Part shown: positions 10,795 to 20,480 of the stretch, piece after piece | Numbering within the stretch: position 1 is the first letter of the stretch | How the letters are laid out: every line of letters starts with the position of its first letter | NCBI RefSeq assembly: GCF_009914755.1 | Contig: NC_060937.1 | Reading direction: 5' to 3' (one strand) | DNA length: 64,000 bases | DNA from: the human T2T-CHM13v2.0 reference genome, Homo sapiens | Translations under genes and position numbers: made by a program | Notes under the pieces: generated by a model | The model's input: the letters and a program-made list of their open reading frames with translations, nothing else | What the model was told of the DNA's origin: nothing | The model's database searches: none

Positions 10795-13776
10795 TCACCG
10801 GTAGTGTGGCCCGCAGGGACGCCGACCTGCTGGAGCGTCGTGCCAGCATGGGCTGTGGCAACCACGTGGGCCAGCAGGAGGTTCCCGCTGCACAGCTGTG
10901 GGGTGAGGATAGACTGGGTGGTGATATCGGCCATTACAGGGGCCTCTTCTGCTGGCAAGAGTGTGACAGTAGCAAGTAGATGGACAGGCCTGCGTGTGAG
11001 GACGGAATGCAGGAGGGGTTCTTGTGCGCCTGGGTGTGGGGCCCTCACGGGAACCGTGGAGAAATGGCCAGGTAACTGCGTCATGTGGGCTAGTAGATTG
11101 GCCAGGGCTTCGAACTGAAGGACGATAACGGGGAGTAGCTGTCAGGCCCTGGGAGTGCCTGAGTGTAAGTGGAGATGGGTTTGGGGTCACTGAGGGATGC
11201 GTGGGAGCCATCCCTGTATAGGTACAGGTCATAGGGAGATAGTCTCGTGAGGCCTGTGAGTGTCTAGGGTTGTCCTGGGTGCCTGGGGCTGACTGTGGCA
11301 GAAATCTGGGGAAGGCTGGAGAGAAGCTGGGAGACCCAGGAGAGTCCCTGAAGGCAGGGGGTGAAGAGGTGAAAGAAATGGGGGAGGGTTGCAGTAAGGT
11401 CCGTGAGTTTGTAGGTGATTCCTGGGTGCGGGAAGCTGACTCCAGGTGAAATCTGGAGATGGTTGGAGAGTAGCTGAGAGAGACAGAAGAGTCCCTGAGG
11501 GCTGGGGGTGAGAACATGAGGGAGACGGGGGAGTAAGTCAGTGAAATTCGTGAGTTCGGTGGTGTATCGTGGGTGCCTGGAACTGACTCCAGCTGGAATC
11601 TAGAGAAGTTTTGAGAGTAGCTGAAGGAGACACCAGAGTCCCTGTGGGCTGAGGGCAAAGACCTGAGACAGACCAGGGAGGACCTCAGTGAAGTCTGTGA
11701 GTCTGTAGGTGATTCCGGAGTGTGGGAGGCTGACTCCCGCTGAAATCTGGGCGTGGTGGGAGAGTAGCTGGGACAGACAGGAGAGTCCCAGGGGTCTGGG
11801 GGTGAAGACGTGAGAGAGACTGGGGAGTAACTCAGTGAAATTGCTGAGTTGGTTGGTGATACCTGGGTGCCTGGAACTGACCCCCGCTGAAATCTGGGCA
11901 TGGTTGGAGAGTAGCTGGGACACACAGGAGAGTCCCTGAGGGCTGGGGGTGAAGACATGAGCGAGACCGGGGAGTAACTGAGTGAAACTGGTGAGTTTGG
12001 TGGTGACTCCGGGGTGCCTGGAACTGACTCCAGCTGAAATGTGGGCGTGGTTGGAGAGTAGCTGGGACAGACAGGAGAGTCCCTGAGGACTGGTGAAGAC
12101 ATGAGAGAGACTGGAGAGTAATTGAGTGAAATTGGTGAGTTTGGTGGTGATTCCTGGGTGCCTGGAACTGACTCCCGCTGAAGTGTGGGCGTGGTTGGAG
12201 AGTAGCTGGGACACACAGGAGAGTCCCTGAGGGTTGGAGATAAAGACGTGCTAGAGACTGAGGAGTAACTGAGTGAAATTGGTGAGTTTGGTGGTGATTC
12301 CGGGGTGCCTGGAACGGACTCCAGCTGAAATGTGGGCGTGGTTGGAGAGTAGCTGGGACAGACGGGAGAGTCCCTGAGGGATGGTGAAGACATGAGAGAG
12401 ACTGGGGAGTAACGCAGTGAAATTGGTGAGTTTGGTGGTGATTTCTGGGTGCCTGCAACGGACTCCCGCTGAAGTGTGGGCGTGCTTGGAGAGTAGCTGG
12501 GACAGACAGGCGAGTCCCTGAGGGTTGGAGATAAAGACGTGCTGGAGACTGGGGAGTAACTCAGTGAAAGTGGTGGGCTTGGTGGTGATCCCAGGGTTCC
12601 TGGAACTGACCCGCGCTGAAATGTGGGCGTGGTTGGAGAGTAGCTGGGACAGACTGGAGGGTCCGTAAGGGCTGGGGGTGAAGACGTGAGAGAGACTGGC
12701 GAGGATCTCACTGAGGTCTGTGAGTTTGTAGGTGTTTCTGGGGTGTGGGGTACAGACTCCCGCTGAAATCTGGGCGTAGTTGGAGAGTAGCTGGGACAGA
12801 CAGGAGAGTCATGGGTGGCTGGGGTTGAGCTGCTGGATGATGGCAGTAAGAACATATGGTACATTATTGATGAATGAGGTGACTGTGAAGAATCTCCAGA
12901 GGAGGACACGGGAGAACACAATGACATGAGTGACTGTCCTGCTTGGTTAGGAAAGGGAAACGTAAAGTTGTGGAATTCTGTTGATGATGGATGTGAGAGT
13001 GGTGAAGCCCTGCGGGATGATGTAGAGGACTTCCACATCCCTGGTGAGGAGCTGCCCCTTGGGTCTGAGTTTCTGGGAGGGGAGAGGGAGAAGCTGGGTG
13101 AGGCAGGCATGAATCTTGAGGAGTCAGGGCTGGGGGACCGCTCATATTCTCCCGAGACCTGTGAGTCTCTGGGGGACTCCTGGGTGCATGGGGCTGACTC
13201 CCGCAGGAACCTGGGGATGGCTGGAGAGTAACTGGGAGCCACAGGAGGGTCCCTGAGGCCTGGGGGTGAAGAGATGCAAGACACAGGGGTGGAGCAGCGT
13301 GAGGCTCGTGAGTTTGTAGGTGATTCCTGGGTGTGGGGGCCTGACTCCAGCTGAAATCTGGTGTTGTTTGGAGAGTAGCTGGGAGACACAGGAGACCCCC
13401 CGAGAGCTGGGGGTGAGCTGCTGGGTGATGGCAGTAAGAACATGTGGTATATTATTGATGAACGTGGGGACTCTGAGGAGTCCTCAGAGGAGGACACGGC
13501 AGAGCCCAATGGCTTCATTGATTGCCCATCACGGTGAGGACAGGGAAATGGGAGCTTGTGGGATTCTGGTGATGACAGAGGTGAGTGTGGTGAAGCCCTA
13601 GGGGATGGTGAATGGTAGTTCCGGATCCCTGGTGAGGAGCTTCCCCTCAAGCCTGAGTTTCTGAGAGGGGAGAGGGAGAAGCTGGGTGAGGCTCGCATGG
13701 ACCTTGGGGTGTCCGTGCTGGGGGACCGTTCATAAGAAGAGCCAGACAAGACCCTACTGTTCTTAGGTGCAGACAT
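10795..13776 (-). CDS. Putative 993-aa Ser/Pro/Thr-rich protein made of Pol II CTD-like heptads (ACRO1-encoded ORF, full copy 1)
   Basis: Uninterrupted ATG-TGA ORF of 2982 bp; A at -3; first ATG after the predicted TSS; 49-aa repeats 'DSPVCPS YSPTTPT FQLESVP GTPESPP NSPISLS YSPVSLM SSPPALR'. Translation not demonstrated. Confidence 0.6.
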   Translation of the reverse strand: MSAPKNSRVLSGSSYERSPSTDTPRSMRASPSFSLSPLRNSGLRGSSSPGIRNYHSPSPRASPHSPLSSPESHKLPFPCPHRDGQSMKPLGSAVSSSEDSSESPRSSIIYHMFLLPSPSSSPPALGGSPVSPSYSPNNTRFQLESGPHTQESPTNSRASRCSTPVSCISSPPGLRDPPVAPSYSPAIPRFLRESAPCTQESPRDSQVSGEYERSPSPDSSRFMPASPSFSLSPPRNSDPRGSSSPGMWKSSTSSRRASPLSHPSSTEFHNFTFPFPNQAGQSLMSLCSPVSSSGDSSQSPHSSIMYHMFLLPSSSSSTPATHDSPVCPSYSPTTPRFQRESVPHTPETPTNSQTSVRSSPVSLTSSPPALTDPPVCPSYSPTTPTFQRGSVPGTLGSPPSPPLSLSYSPVSSTSLSPTLRDSPVCPSYSPSTPTLQRESVAGTQKSPPNSPISLRYSPVSLMSSPSLRDSPVCPSYSPTTPTFQLESVPGTPESPPNSPISLSYSSVSSTSLSPTLRDSPVCPSYSPTTPTLQRESVPGTQESPPNSPISLNYSPVSLMSSPVLRDSPVCPSYSPTTPTFQLESVPGTPESPPNSPVSLSYSPVSLMSSPPALRDSPVCPSYSPTMPRFQRGSVPGTQVSPTNSAISLSYSPVSLTSSPPDPWDSPVCPSYSPTTPRFQRESASHTPESPTDSQTSLRSSLVCLRSLPSAHRDSGVSFSYSQNFSRFQLESVPGTHDTPPNSRISLTYSPVSLMFSPPALRDSSVSLSYSPTISRFHLESASRTQESPTNSRTLLQPSPISFTSSPPAFRDSPGSPSFSPAFPRFLPQSAPGTQDNPRHSQASRDYLPMTCTYTGMAPTHPSVTPNPSPLTLRHSQGLTATPRYRPSVRSPGQSTSPHDAVTWPFLHGSREGPTPRRTRTPPAFRPHTQACPSTCYCHTLASRRGPCNGRYHHPVYPHPTAVQREPPAGPRGCHSPCWHDAPAGRRPCGPHYR
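11300..12830. repeat. ACRO1 147-bp satellite, homogeneous core (also ~17620-19150 and ~23980-25510)
   Basis: Landmark 'agagtagctg' (variant 'agagaagctg' at the first site) at 11320, 11467, 11614, 11761, 11908, 12055, 12199, 12346, 12490, 12637, 12784; spacings are 147 or 144. Confidence 0.9.
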
Positions 13777-14084
13777 GATTAGGAAACCTGCAGCTCCCAG
13801 GGGCCCCCACTAATGTTCTAACTCGCAGAAAGAAGGAGTGTGTGTGCGTGTGTGCGCGTGCGTGTGTGTGTGTGTGTGTGTGTGCTTGTGTGTGTGCGGT
13901 GTGAGGTATGTGCCCCTTAAGAAAATGGAAATCAACCAACCAATGAGACAGAGAGACAGACAGACAGAGATTCACTTGCCCAAGTGTTCTGTCCTGTCCT
14001 CTGAATCCGCTTTCAAGTCGAAGACGCTGTGAGCTCCAAGTCCACGCAGAGTCCGCCAAACGCTCCGGCCGCTGATCCGCTCCG

Positions 14085-14160
14085 CGAAGATCTGAGTACA
14101 GGCCAGCCAGGGTGGGTTTAAATAGCCTCGGGCGCAGCCTAGCAGCGGAAAGGGCGGAGC
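14085..14160 (-). promoter_or_regulatory. Predicted Pol II core promoter of the ACRO ORF (GC box, TATA, Inr)
   Basis: Minus-strand TATTTAAA (14124-14117), Inr-like 'CTCAGAT' with A at 14093 (31 nt from the TATA start), GGGCGG at 14152-14157, and a CpG-rich surround. Confidence 0.6.
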
Positions 14161-17112
14161 TTCACTCCTCCTTTCCATCAGTCACCCCCAACTTTCCCAG
14201 GCTACACCTCGTAGGAAACTGTTCTCCTGCTTTGATTTCATGCGCCACCTTTGGGACAATCTAAGAACTTACAGGTTTTCTTGGCCAGATTTATTAGGAG
14301 TTGTATGCACTGAAACACTGAAAACCAACTAGTGGTTCTGTGCTTCCCACGTTGTGGTTTTGACACCAGCAGCATCCTTGCCACAATCAAACCCCGGAGA
14401 TCCGCAGATCTGTGTTGTAACAAGACCTCCCCCTGACCCTGAAGCATGGCAGTTGAAGAAGTCTTTCCGTGTAAGCGAAAAGACTTTGAAGAAAAGGTGG
14501 AGATATGCGTTGTATAAACATTCTTTTGCTCTGGAACCACGTAGAGACTTGGGAGCCAGTTGGGTGGAGCATTCGTTGGATGAGGGTGCTCGGGTTAGGA
14601 ATATCAAGGTGTTTCTCCAGATAATCCAATCATCTAATTAAGATTCCAGTTATGCTCATCTGTTTTAAAATTCCGTTTGGGTAAATTCTTTTAGTCAGAC
14701 TGAGAATGGCAAAGCCTCAACCCCAATTTCCAGGGAGGGTGGAGAGCCTCAGGTGGAGTTGATCACCAATAGCCTATGGTTTAACCCATCATGCCTATAG
14801 AATGAGGTCTCCATCAAAACCCTAAAGGACTGGGTTCAGAGAGCTTCTGGATGACACTTCCTGGAAGGTAGTGCACCCCTCCCCGCATGCCGGGCCCCAC
14901 ATTTATTTCTGAACCTTGTGCAATGTCCGCTAAAATACAACGGCAAATGTAAGTGTTTCCCTGCGTGCTGTGAGCTCTTCCAGCAAATGAATGCAACTAA
15001 ATCTGGGAGTGGTGGCAACCTGATTTTAGCCAGTTGCTGAGAAGCACAGGTAAAACAACGTAGGGCTTCCCATTGTTATTGGTGTGGGAGGCCTGTCTGG
15101 CGGGACTCGGCCCTTTGGAATCTAATGCTATGTCCCGGTAGATAGCGTCACCATTGAATTAGAAGACACACATATGTGGAGAATAATCTTTCTGGTCATT
15201 TACTGCATGTCATATTTACAATATGTAATCAAATTCTTTATCCTGACCTTATGGCACCTGGGTTTAGGACCATGATTTGAACCAAACGTTGGTCTGTCAC
15301 TTTCTGAGTTTGAAACTTTATTTTGCCTTTAGCGTTTTGCTATTGCTTTTTCGTTTTCTTTTGTTTCGTTTCGTTTCTAAGTTCTGGGGTATATGTGCAG
15401 GATGTGCAGATTTGTTACTAAGGTAAACGTGTGCCATGGTGGTTTGCTGCACCTGTCAACCCGTCACCGAGGTATTAAGCCCAGCATGCAGTAGCTGTTT
15501 TTCTTAACGCTCTGCCTCCCGAAAGGCCCCAGTGTGTGTTGTTCCCCTTCCTGTGTCCATGGGATCTCACTTTTCAGCTCCCATTATAAGTGAGAAGGTG
15601 GCGTTTGGTTTTCTTTCCCTGGATTAGTTTGCTGACGATAATGACCACACATCACCACTGTTTTTGTTTTTTAGTATAAAGAGTAGTATTTTATTGAATA
15701 AGATTTGCTCACAGAAAAATAAGCTTAAATCTACAATGAATGCCAGACCCTACAGCAGAAAGCAATTTTCTCACTTTTCCACACACAATGGTTCCTACTA
15801 AGTGAAAAAAAAGCCATAAAATTTCATTCACAAATGTACTACTCTGTCTCAAAACATCTCACGTAATCATGCACTGTACTAAAGCCATCAGATCAGTTCT
15901 TCAGTCAGGTTAAAGAAGTATCCCTCTAATAACTGACTTTTATAATGCTATCAATATCCACTCCCAATCAGTCTGCCATTGTTAGTGGTGTACAGCATTA
16001 CTGAATACAACGGAATTGATGACGCCCATATCCACAGACAAACCGTGACTTATGATGGTTTGATTTATGATTTTTCAACGTTATGATGGGTTTATTGGAA
16101 TATTAGATTCGTTTCTGAGTTACACTGGGTTTATGAGTATGCGACCCTACACTCCAGAAACAGCTGTATATGGAAAAACAGGAGTACCTAATAAAAATAT
16201 GCTTAGTGACTTGGGATAAACCAATAGATGTTCACAAGTGATGGAGAGCCGTGAAAGAGAGATAGCGGTAAATAGTTACAATAACACAATTTTCCTGCAC
16301 CTGTCGAGGATTTCCCCCAAAAAACGCAGAATGTGGGATGCACCTAAGGCATATGAAAGAGAGAGGGCAGAAGGAGTAAGAGAGAAATAGGAGGAAGGAA
16401 GGAAGGAAGCAAGGAAGAAAGGAAGGAAGGAAAGAAGGAAGGTAGGACGGAAGGAAGGAAGGAAGGAAGGAAGGAAGGAAGGAAGGAAGGAAGGAAAGAA
16501 GGATGAAAGGAAGGAGAAAACACCGGTGTTACTAAAACCCCCCAAAAAATGGTTTCCCCCTGTGGGTAAGCCTACAATGTGGATGAATCTTGAAAATATT
16601 GTGCTACGTGTTATGTCAGTCATAGCAGCTCACCTATTGTGCAATTCCGTTTATAGGAAATGTCCACAATATGGAAATCTATGCATATGGGATTGATCGC
16701 ACTAGGTAGTTGCTACCTAGGGCTGAGGGTCAGGGAGAGGGTTTGAGACAGAATGAGGAGTGACTAATGTCTACAGGGTCTTTCTCTGGTCGGGGGTGAT
16801 AAGACGTTTTACAATGGATTGCGAATTAAAATTGAATGTGCACAACCACAGGTATACTAAAAGCCACTCAATTCATGACCTTTAATGGGGGAATCTTACG
16901 TGGCGTAGTCTCATGGAGACCACGGCAGACATAGTGAGAGAGAAAAAGGTGAGTAAATATCTGAAACGGAGGCAGAAACAGAGAGAATGAAAAGCCCTGT
17001 GAATGGAAGGGAGAGCGAAAAGGGAAAATGGTCCTATTTACAAATGACAGATGTGAAACTGGGGTTCACATCAACAGTGTCACTGCCAGGAAGGAGGGTC
17101 ATGCTAGCCATG

Positions 17113-20094
17113 TCACCGGTAGTGTGGCCCGCAGGGACGCCGACCTGCTGGAGCGTCGTGCCAGCATGGGCTGTGGCAACCACGTGGGCCAGCAGGAGGT
17201 TCCCGCTGCACAGCTGTGGGGTGAGGATAGACTGGGTGGTGATATCGGCCATTACAGGGGCCTCTTCTGCTGGCAAGAGTGTGACAGTAGCAAGTAGATG
17301 GACAGGCCTGCGTGTGAGGACGGAATGCAGGAGGGGTTCTTGTGCGCCTGGGTGTGGGGCCCTCACGGGAACCGTGGAGAAATGGCCAGGTAACTGCGTC
17401 ATGTGGGCTAGTAGATTGGCCAGGGCTTCGAACTGAAGGACGATAACGGGGAGTAGCTGTCAGGCCCTGGGAGTGCCTGAGTGTAAGTGGAGATGGGTTT
17501 GGGGTCACTGAGGGATGCGTGGGAGCCATCCCTGTATAGGTACAGGTCATAGGGAGATAGTCTCGTGAGGCCTGTGAGTGTCTAGGGTTGTCCTGGGTGC
17601 CTGGGGCTGACTGTGGCAGAAATCTGGGGAAGGCTGGAGAGAAGCTGGGAGACCCAGGAGAGTCCCTGAAGGCAGGGGGTGAAGAGGTGAAAGAAATGGG
17701 GGAGGGTTGCAGTAAGGTCCGTGAGTTTGTAGGTGATTCCTGGGTGCGGGAAGCTGACTCCAGGTGAAATCTGGAGATGGTTGGAGAGTAGCTGAGAGAG
17801 ACAGAAGAGTCCCTGAGGGCTGGGGGTGAGAACATGAGGGAGACGGGGGAGTAAGTCAGTGAAATTCGTGAGTTCGGTGGTGTATCGTGGGTGCCTGGAA
17901 CTGACTCCAGCTGGAATCTAGAGAAGTTTTGAGAGTAGCTGAAGGAGACACAAGAGTCCCTGTGGGCTGAGGGCAAAGACCTGAGAGAGACCAGGGAGGA
18001 CCTCAGTGAAGTCTGTGAGTCTGGAGGTGATTCCAGAGTGTGGGAGGCTGACTCCCGCTGAAATCTGGGCATGGTGGGAGAGTAGCTGGGACAGACAGGA
18101 GAGTCCCAGGGGGCTGGGGGTGAAGACATGAGAGAGACTGGGGAGTAATTCAGTGAAATTGCTGAGTTGGTTGGTGATACCTGGGTGCCTGGAACTGACC
18201 CCCGCTGAAATCTGGGCATGGTTGGAGAGTAGCTGGGACACACAGGAGAGTCCCTGAGGGCTGGGGGTGAAGACATGAGCGAGACCGGGGAGTAACTGAG
18301 TGAAACTGGTGAGTTTGGTGGTGACTCCGGGGTGCCTGGAACTGACTCCAGCTGAAATGTGGGAGTGGTTGGAGAGTAGCTGGGACAGACAGGAGAGTCC
18401 CTGAGGACTGGTGAAGACATGAGAGAGAGTGGAGAGTAATTGAGTGAAATTGGTGAGTTTGGTGGTGATTCCTGGGTGCCTGGAACTGACTCCCGCTGAA
18501 GTGTGGGCGTGTTTGGAGAGTAGCTGGGACAGACAGGCGAGTCCCTGAGGGTTGGAGATAAAGACGTGCTAGAGACTGAGGAGTAACTGAGTGAAATTGG
18601 TGAGTTTGGTGGTGATTCCGGGGTGCCTGGAACGGACTCCAGCTGAAATGTGGGCGTGGTTGGAGAGTAGCTGGGACAGACGGGAGAGTCCCTGAGGGAT
18701 GGTGAAGACATGAGAGAGACTGGGGAGTAACGCAGTGAAATTGGTGAGTTTGGTGGTGATTTCTGGGTGCCTGCAACGGACTCCCGCTGAAGTGTGGGCG
18801 TGCTTGGAGAGTAGCTGGGACAGACAGGCGAGTCCCTGAGGGTTGGAGATAAAGACGTGCTGGAGACTGGGGAGTAACTCAGTGAAAGTGGTGGGCTTGG
18901 TGGTGATCCCAGGGTTCCTGGGACTGACCCGCGCTGAAATGTGGGCGTGGTTGGAGAGTAGCTGGGACAGACTGGAGGGTCCGTAAGGGCTGGGGGTGAA
19001 GACGTGAGAGAGACTGGTGAGGATCTCACTGAGGTCTGTGAGTTTGTAGGTGTTTCTGGGGTGTGGGGTACAGACTCCCGCTGAAATCTGGGCGTAGTTG
19101 GAGAGTAGCTGGGACAGACAGGAGAGTCATGGGTGGCTGGGGGTGAGCTGCTGGATGATGGCAGTAAGAACATATGGTACATTATTGATGAATGAGGTGA
19201 CTGTGAAGAATCTCCAGAGGAGGACACAGGAGAACACAATGACATGAGTGACTGTCCTGCTTGGTTAGGAAAGGGAAACGTAAAGTTGTGGAATTCTGTT
19301 GATGATGGATGTGAGAGTGGTGAAGCCTTGCGGGATGATGTAGGGGACTTCCACATCCCTGGTGAGGAGCTGCCCCTTGGGTCTGAGTTTCTGGGAGGGG
19401 AGAGGGAGAAGCTGGGTGAGGCAGGCATGAATCTTGAGGAGTCAGGGCTGGGGGACCGCTCATATTCTCCCGAGACCTGTGAGTCTCTGGGGGACTCCTG
19501 GGTGCATGGGGCTGACTCCCGCAGGAACCTGGGGATGGCTGGAGAGTAACTGGGAGCCACAGGAGGGTCCCTGAGGCCTGGGGGTGAAGAGATGCAAGAC
19601 ACAGGGGTGGAGCAGCGTGAGGCTCGTGAGTTTGTAGGTGATTCCTGGGTGTGGGGGGCTGACTCCAGCTGAAATCTGGGGTAGTTTGGAGAGTAGCTGG
19701 GAGACACAGGAGACCCCCCGAGAGCTGGGGGTGAGCTGCTGGGTGATGGCAGTAAGAACATGTGGTATATTATTGATGAACGTGGGGACTCTGAGGAGTC
19801 CTCAGAGGAGGACACGGCAGAGCCCAATGACTTCATTGATTGCCCATCACGGTGAGGACAGGGAAATGGGAGCTTGTGGGATTCTGGTGATGACAGAGGT
19901 GAGTGTGGTGAAGCCCTAGGGGATGGTGAATGGTAGTTCCGGATCCCTGGTGAGGAGCTTCCCCTTAAGCCTGAGTTTCTGAGAGGGGAGAGGGAGAAGC
20001 TGGGTGAGGCTCGCATGGACCTTGGGGTGTCCGTGCTGGGGGACCGTTCATAAGAGGAGCCAGACAAGACCCTACTGTTCTTAGGTGCAGACAT
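17113..20094 (-). CDS. Putative 993-aa CTD-like repeat protein (full copy 2)
   Basis: Same length as copy 1, roughly 17 aa substitutions by eye, no stops or frameshifts. Confidence 0.6.
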   Translation of the reverse strand: MSAPKNSRVLSGSSYERSPSTDTPRSMRASPSFSLSPLRNSGLRGSSSPGIRNYHSPSPRASPHSPLSSPESHKLPFPCPHRDGQSMKSLGSAVSSSEDSSESPRSSIIYHMFLLPSPSSSPPALGGSPVSPSYSPNYPRFQLESAPHTQESPTNSRASRCSTPVSCISSPPGLRDPPVAPSYSPAIPRFLRESAPCTQESPRDSQVSGEYERSPSPDSSRFMPASPSFSLSPPRNSDPRGSSSPGMWKSPTSSRKASPLSHPSSTEFHNFTFPFPNQAGQSLMSLCSPVSSSGDSSQSPHSSIMYHMFLLPSSSSSPPATHDSPVCPSYSPTTPRFQRESVPHTPETPTNSQTSVRSSPVSLTSSPPALTDPPVCPSYSPTTPTFQRGSVPGTLGSPPSPPLSLSYSPVSSTSLSPTLRDSPVCPSYSPSTPTLQRESVAGTQKSPPNSPISLRYSPVSLMSSPSLRDSPVCPSYSPTTPTFQLESVPGTPESPPNSPISLSYSSVSSTSLSPTLRDSPVCPSYSPNTPTLQRESVPGTQESPPNSPISLNYSPLSLMSSPVLRDSPVCPSYSPTTPTFQLESVPGTPESPPNSPVSLSYSPVSLMSSPPALRDSPVCPSYSPTMPRFQRGSVPGTQVSPTNSAISLNYSPVSLMSSPPAPWDSPVCPSYSPTMPRFQRESASHTLESPPDSQTSLRSSLVSLRSLPSAHRDSCVSFSYSQNFSRFQLESVPGTHDTPPNSRISLTYSPVSLMFSPPALRDSSVSLSYSPTISRFHLESASRTQESPTNSRTLLQPSPISFTSSPPAFRDSPGSPSFSPAFPRFLPQSAPGTQDNPRHSQASRDYLPMTCTYTGMAPTHPSVTPNPSPLTLRHSQGLTATPRYRPSVRSPGQSTSPHDAVTWPFLHGSREGPTPRRTRTPPAFRPHTQACPSTCYCHTLASRRGPCNGRYHHPVYPHPTAVQREPPAGPRGCHSPCWHDAPAGRRPCGPHYR

Positions 20095-20403
20095 GATTAG
20101 GAAACCTGCAGCTCCCAGGGGCCCCCACTAATGTTCTAACTCGCAGAAGGAAGGAGTGTGTGTGCGTGTGTGCGTGTGCGTGTGTATGTGTGTGTGTGTT
20201 TGTGTGTGTGCGGTGTGAAGTATGGGCCCCTTAAGGAAATGGAAATCAACCAACCAGTGGGACAGACAGACAGACAGTCAGACAGAGATTCACTTGCCCA
20301 AGTGTTCTGTCCTGTCCTCTGAATCCGCTTCCAAGTCGCAAGACGCTGTGAGCTCCAAGTCCACGCAGAGTCCGCCAAACGCTCCGGCCGCTGATCCGCT
20401 CCG

Positions 20404-20480
20404 CGAAGATCTGAGTACAGGCCAGCCAGGGTGGGTTTAAATAGCCTCGGGCGCAGCCTAGCAGCGGAAAGGGCGGAGCT
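20404..20480 (-). promoter_or_regulatory. Same predicted core promoter, upstream of full copy 2
   Basis: TATTTAAA 20443-20436, Inr A at 20412, GGGCGG 20471-20476. Confidence 0.6.

Noticed and set aside
11600-12458. 204-aa and 208-aa alternative-frame ORFs within the ACRO ORF
   Set aside because: Shadow frames of an in-frame repeat; the 204-aa one is not conserved in length between copies (107 aa in copy 2).
10795-13776. Calling the ORF a POLR2A gene or pseudogene, or a mucin
   Set aside because: No RPB1 catalytic domains or perfect YSPTSPS heptads seen, and no signal peptide. Homology is untested, so no gene symbol is given.
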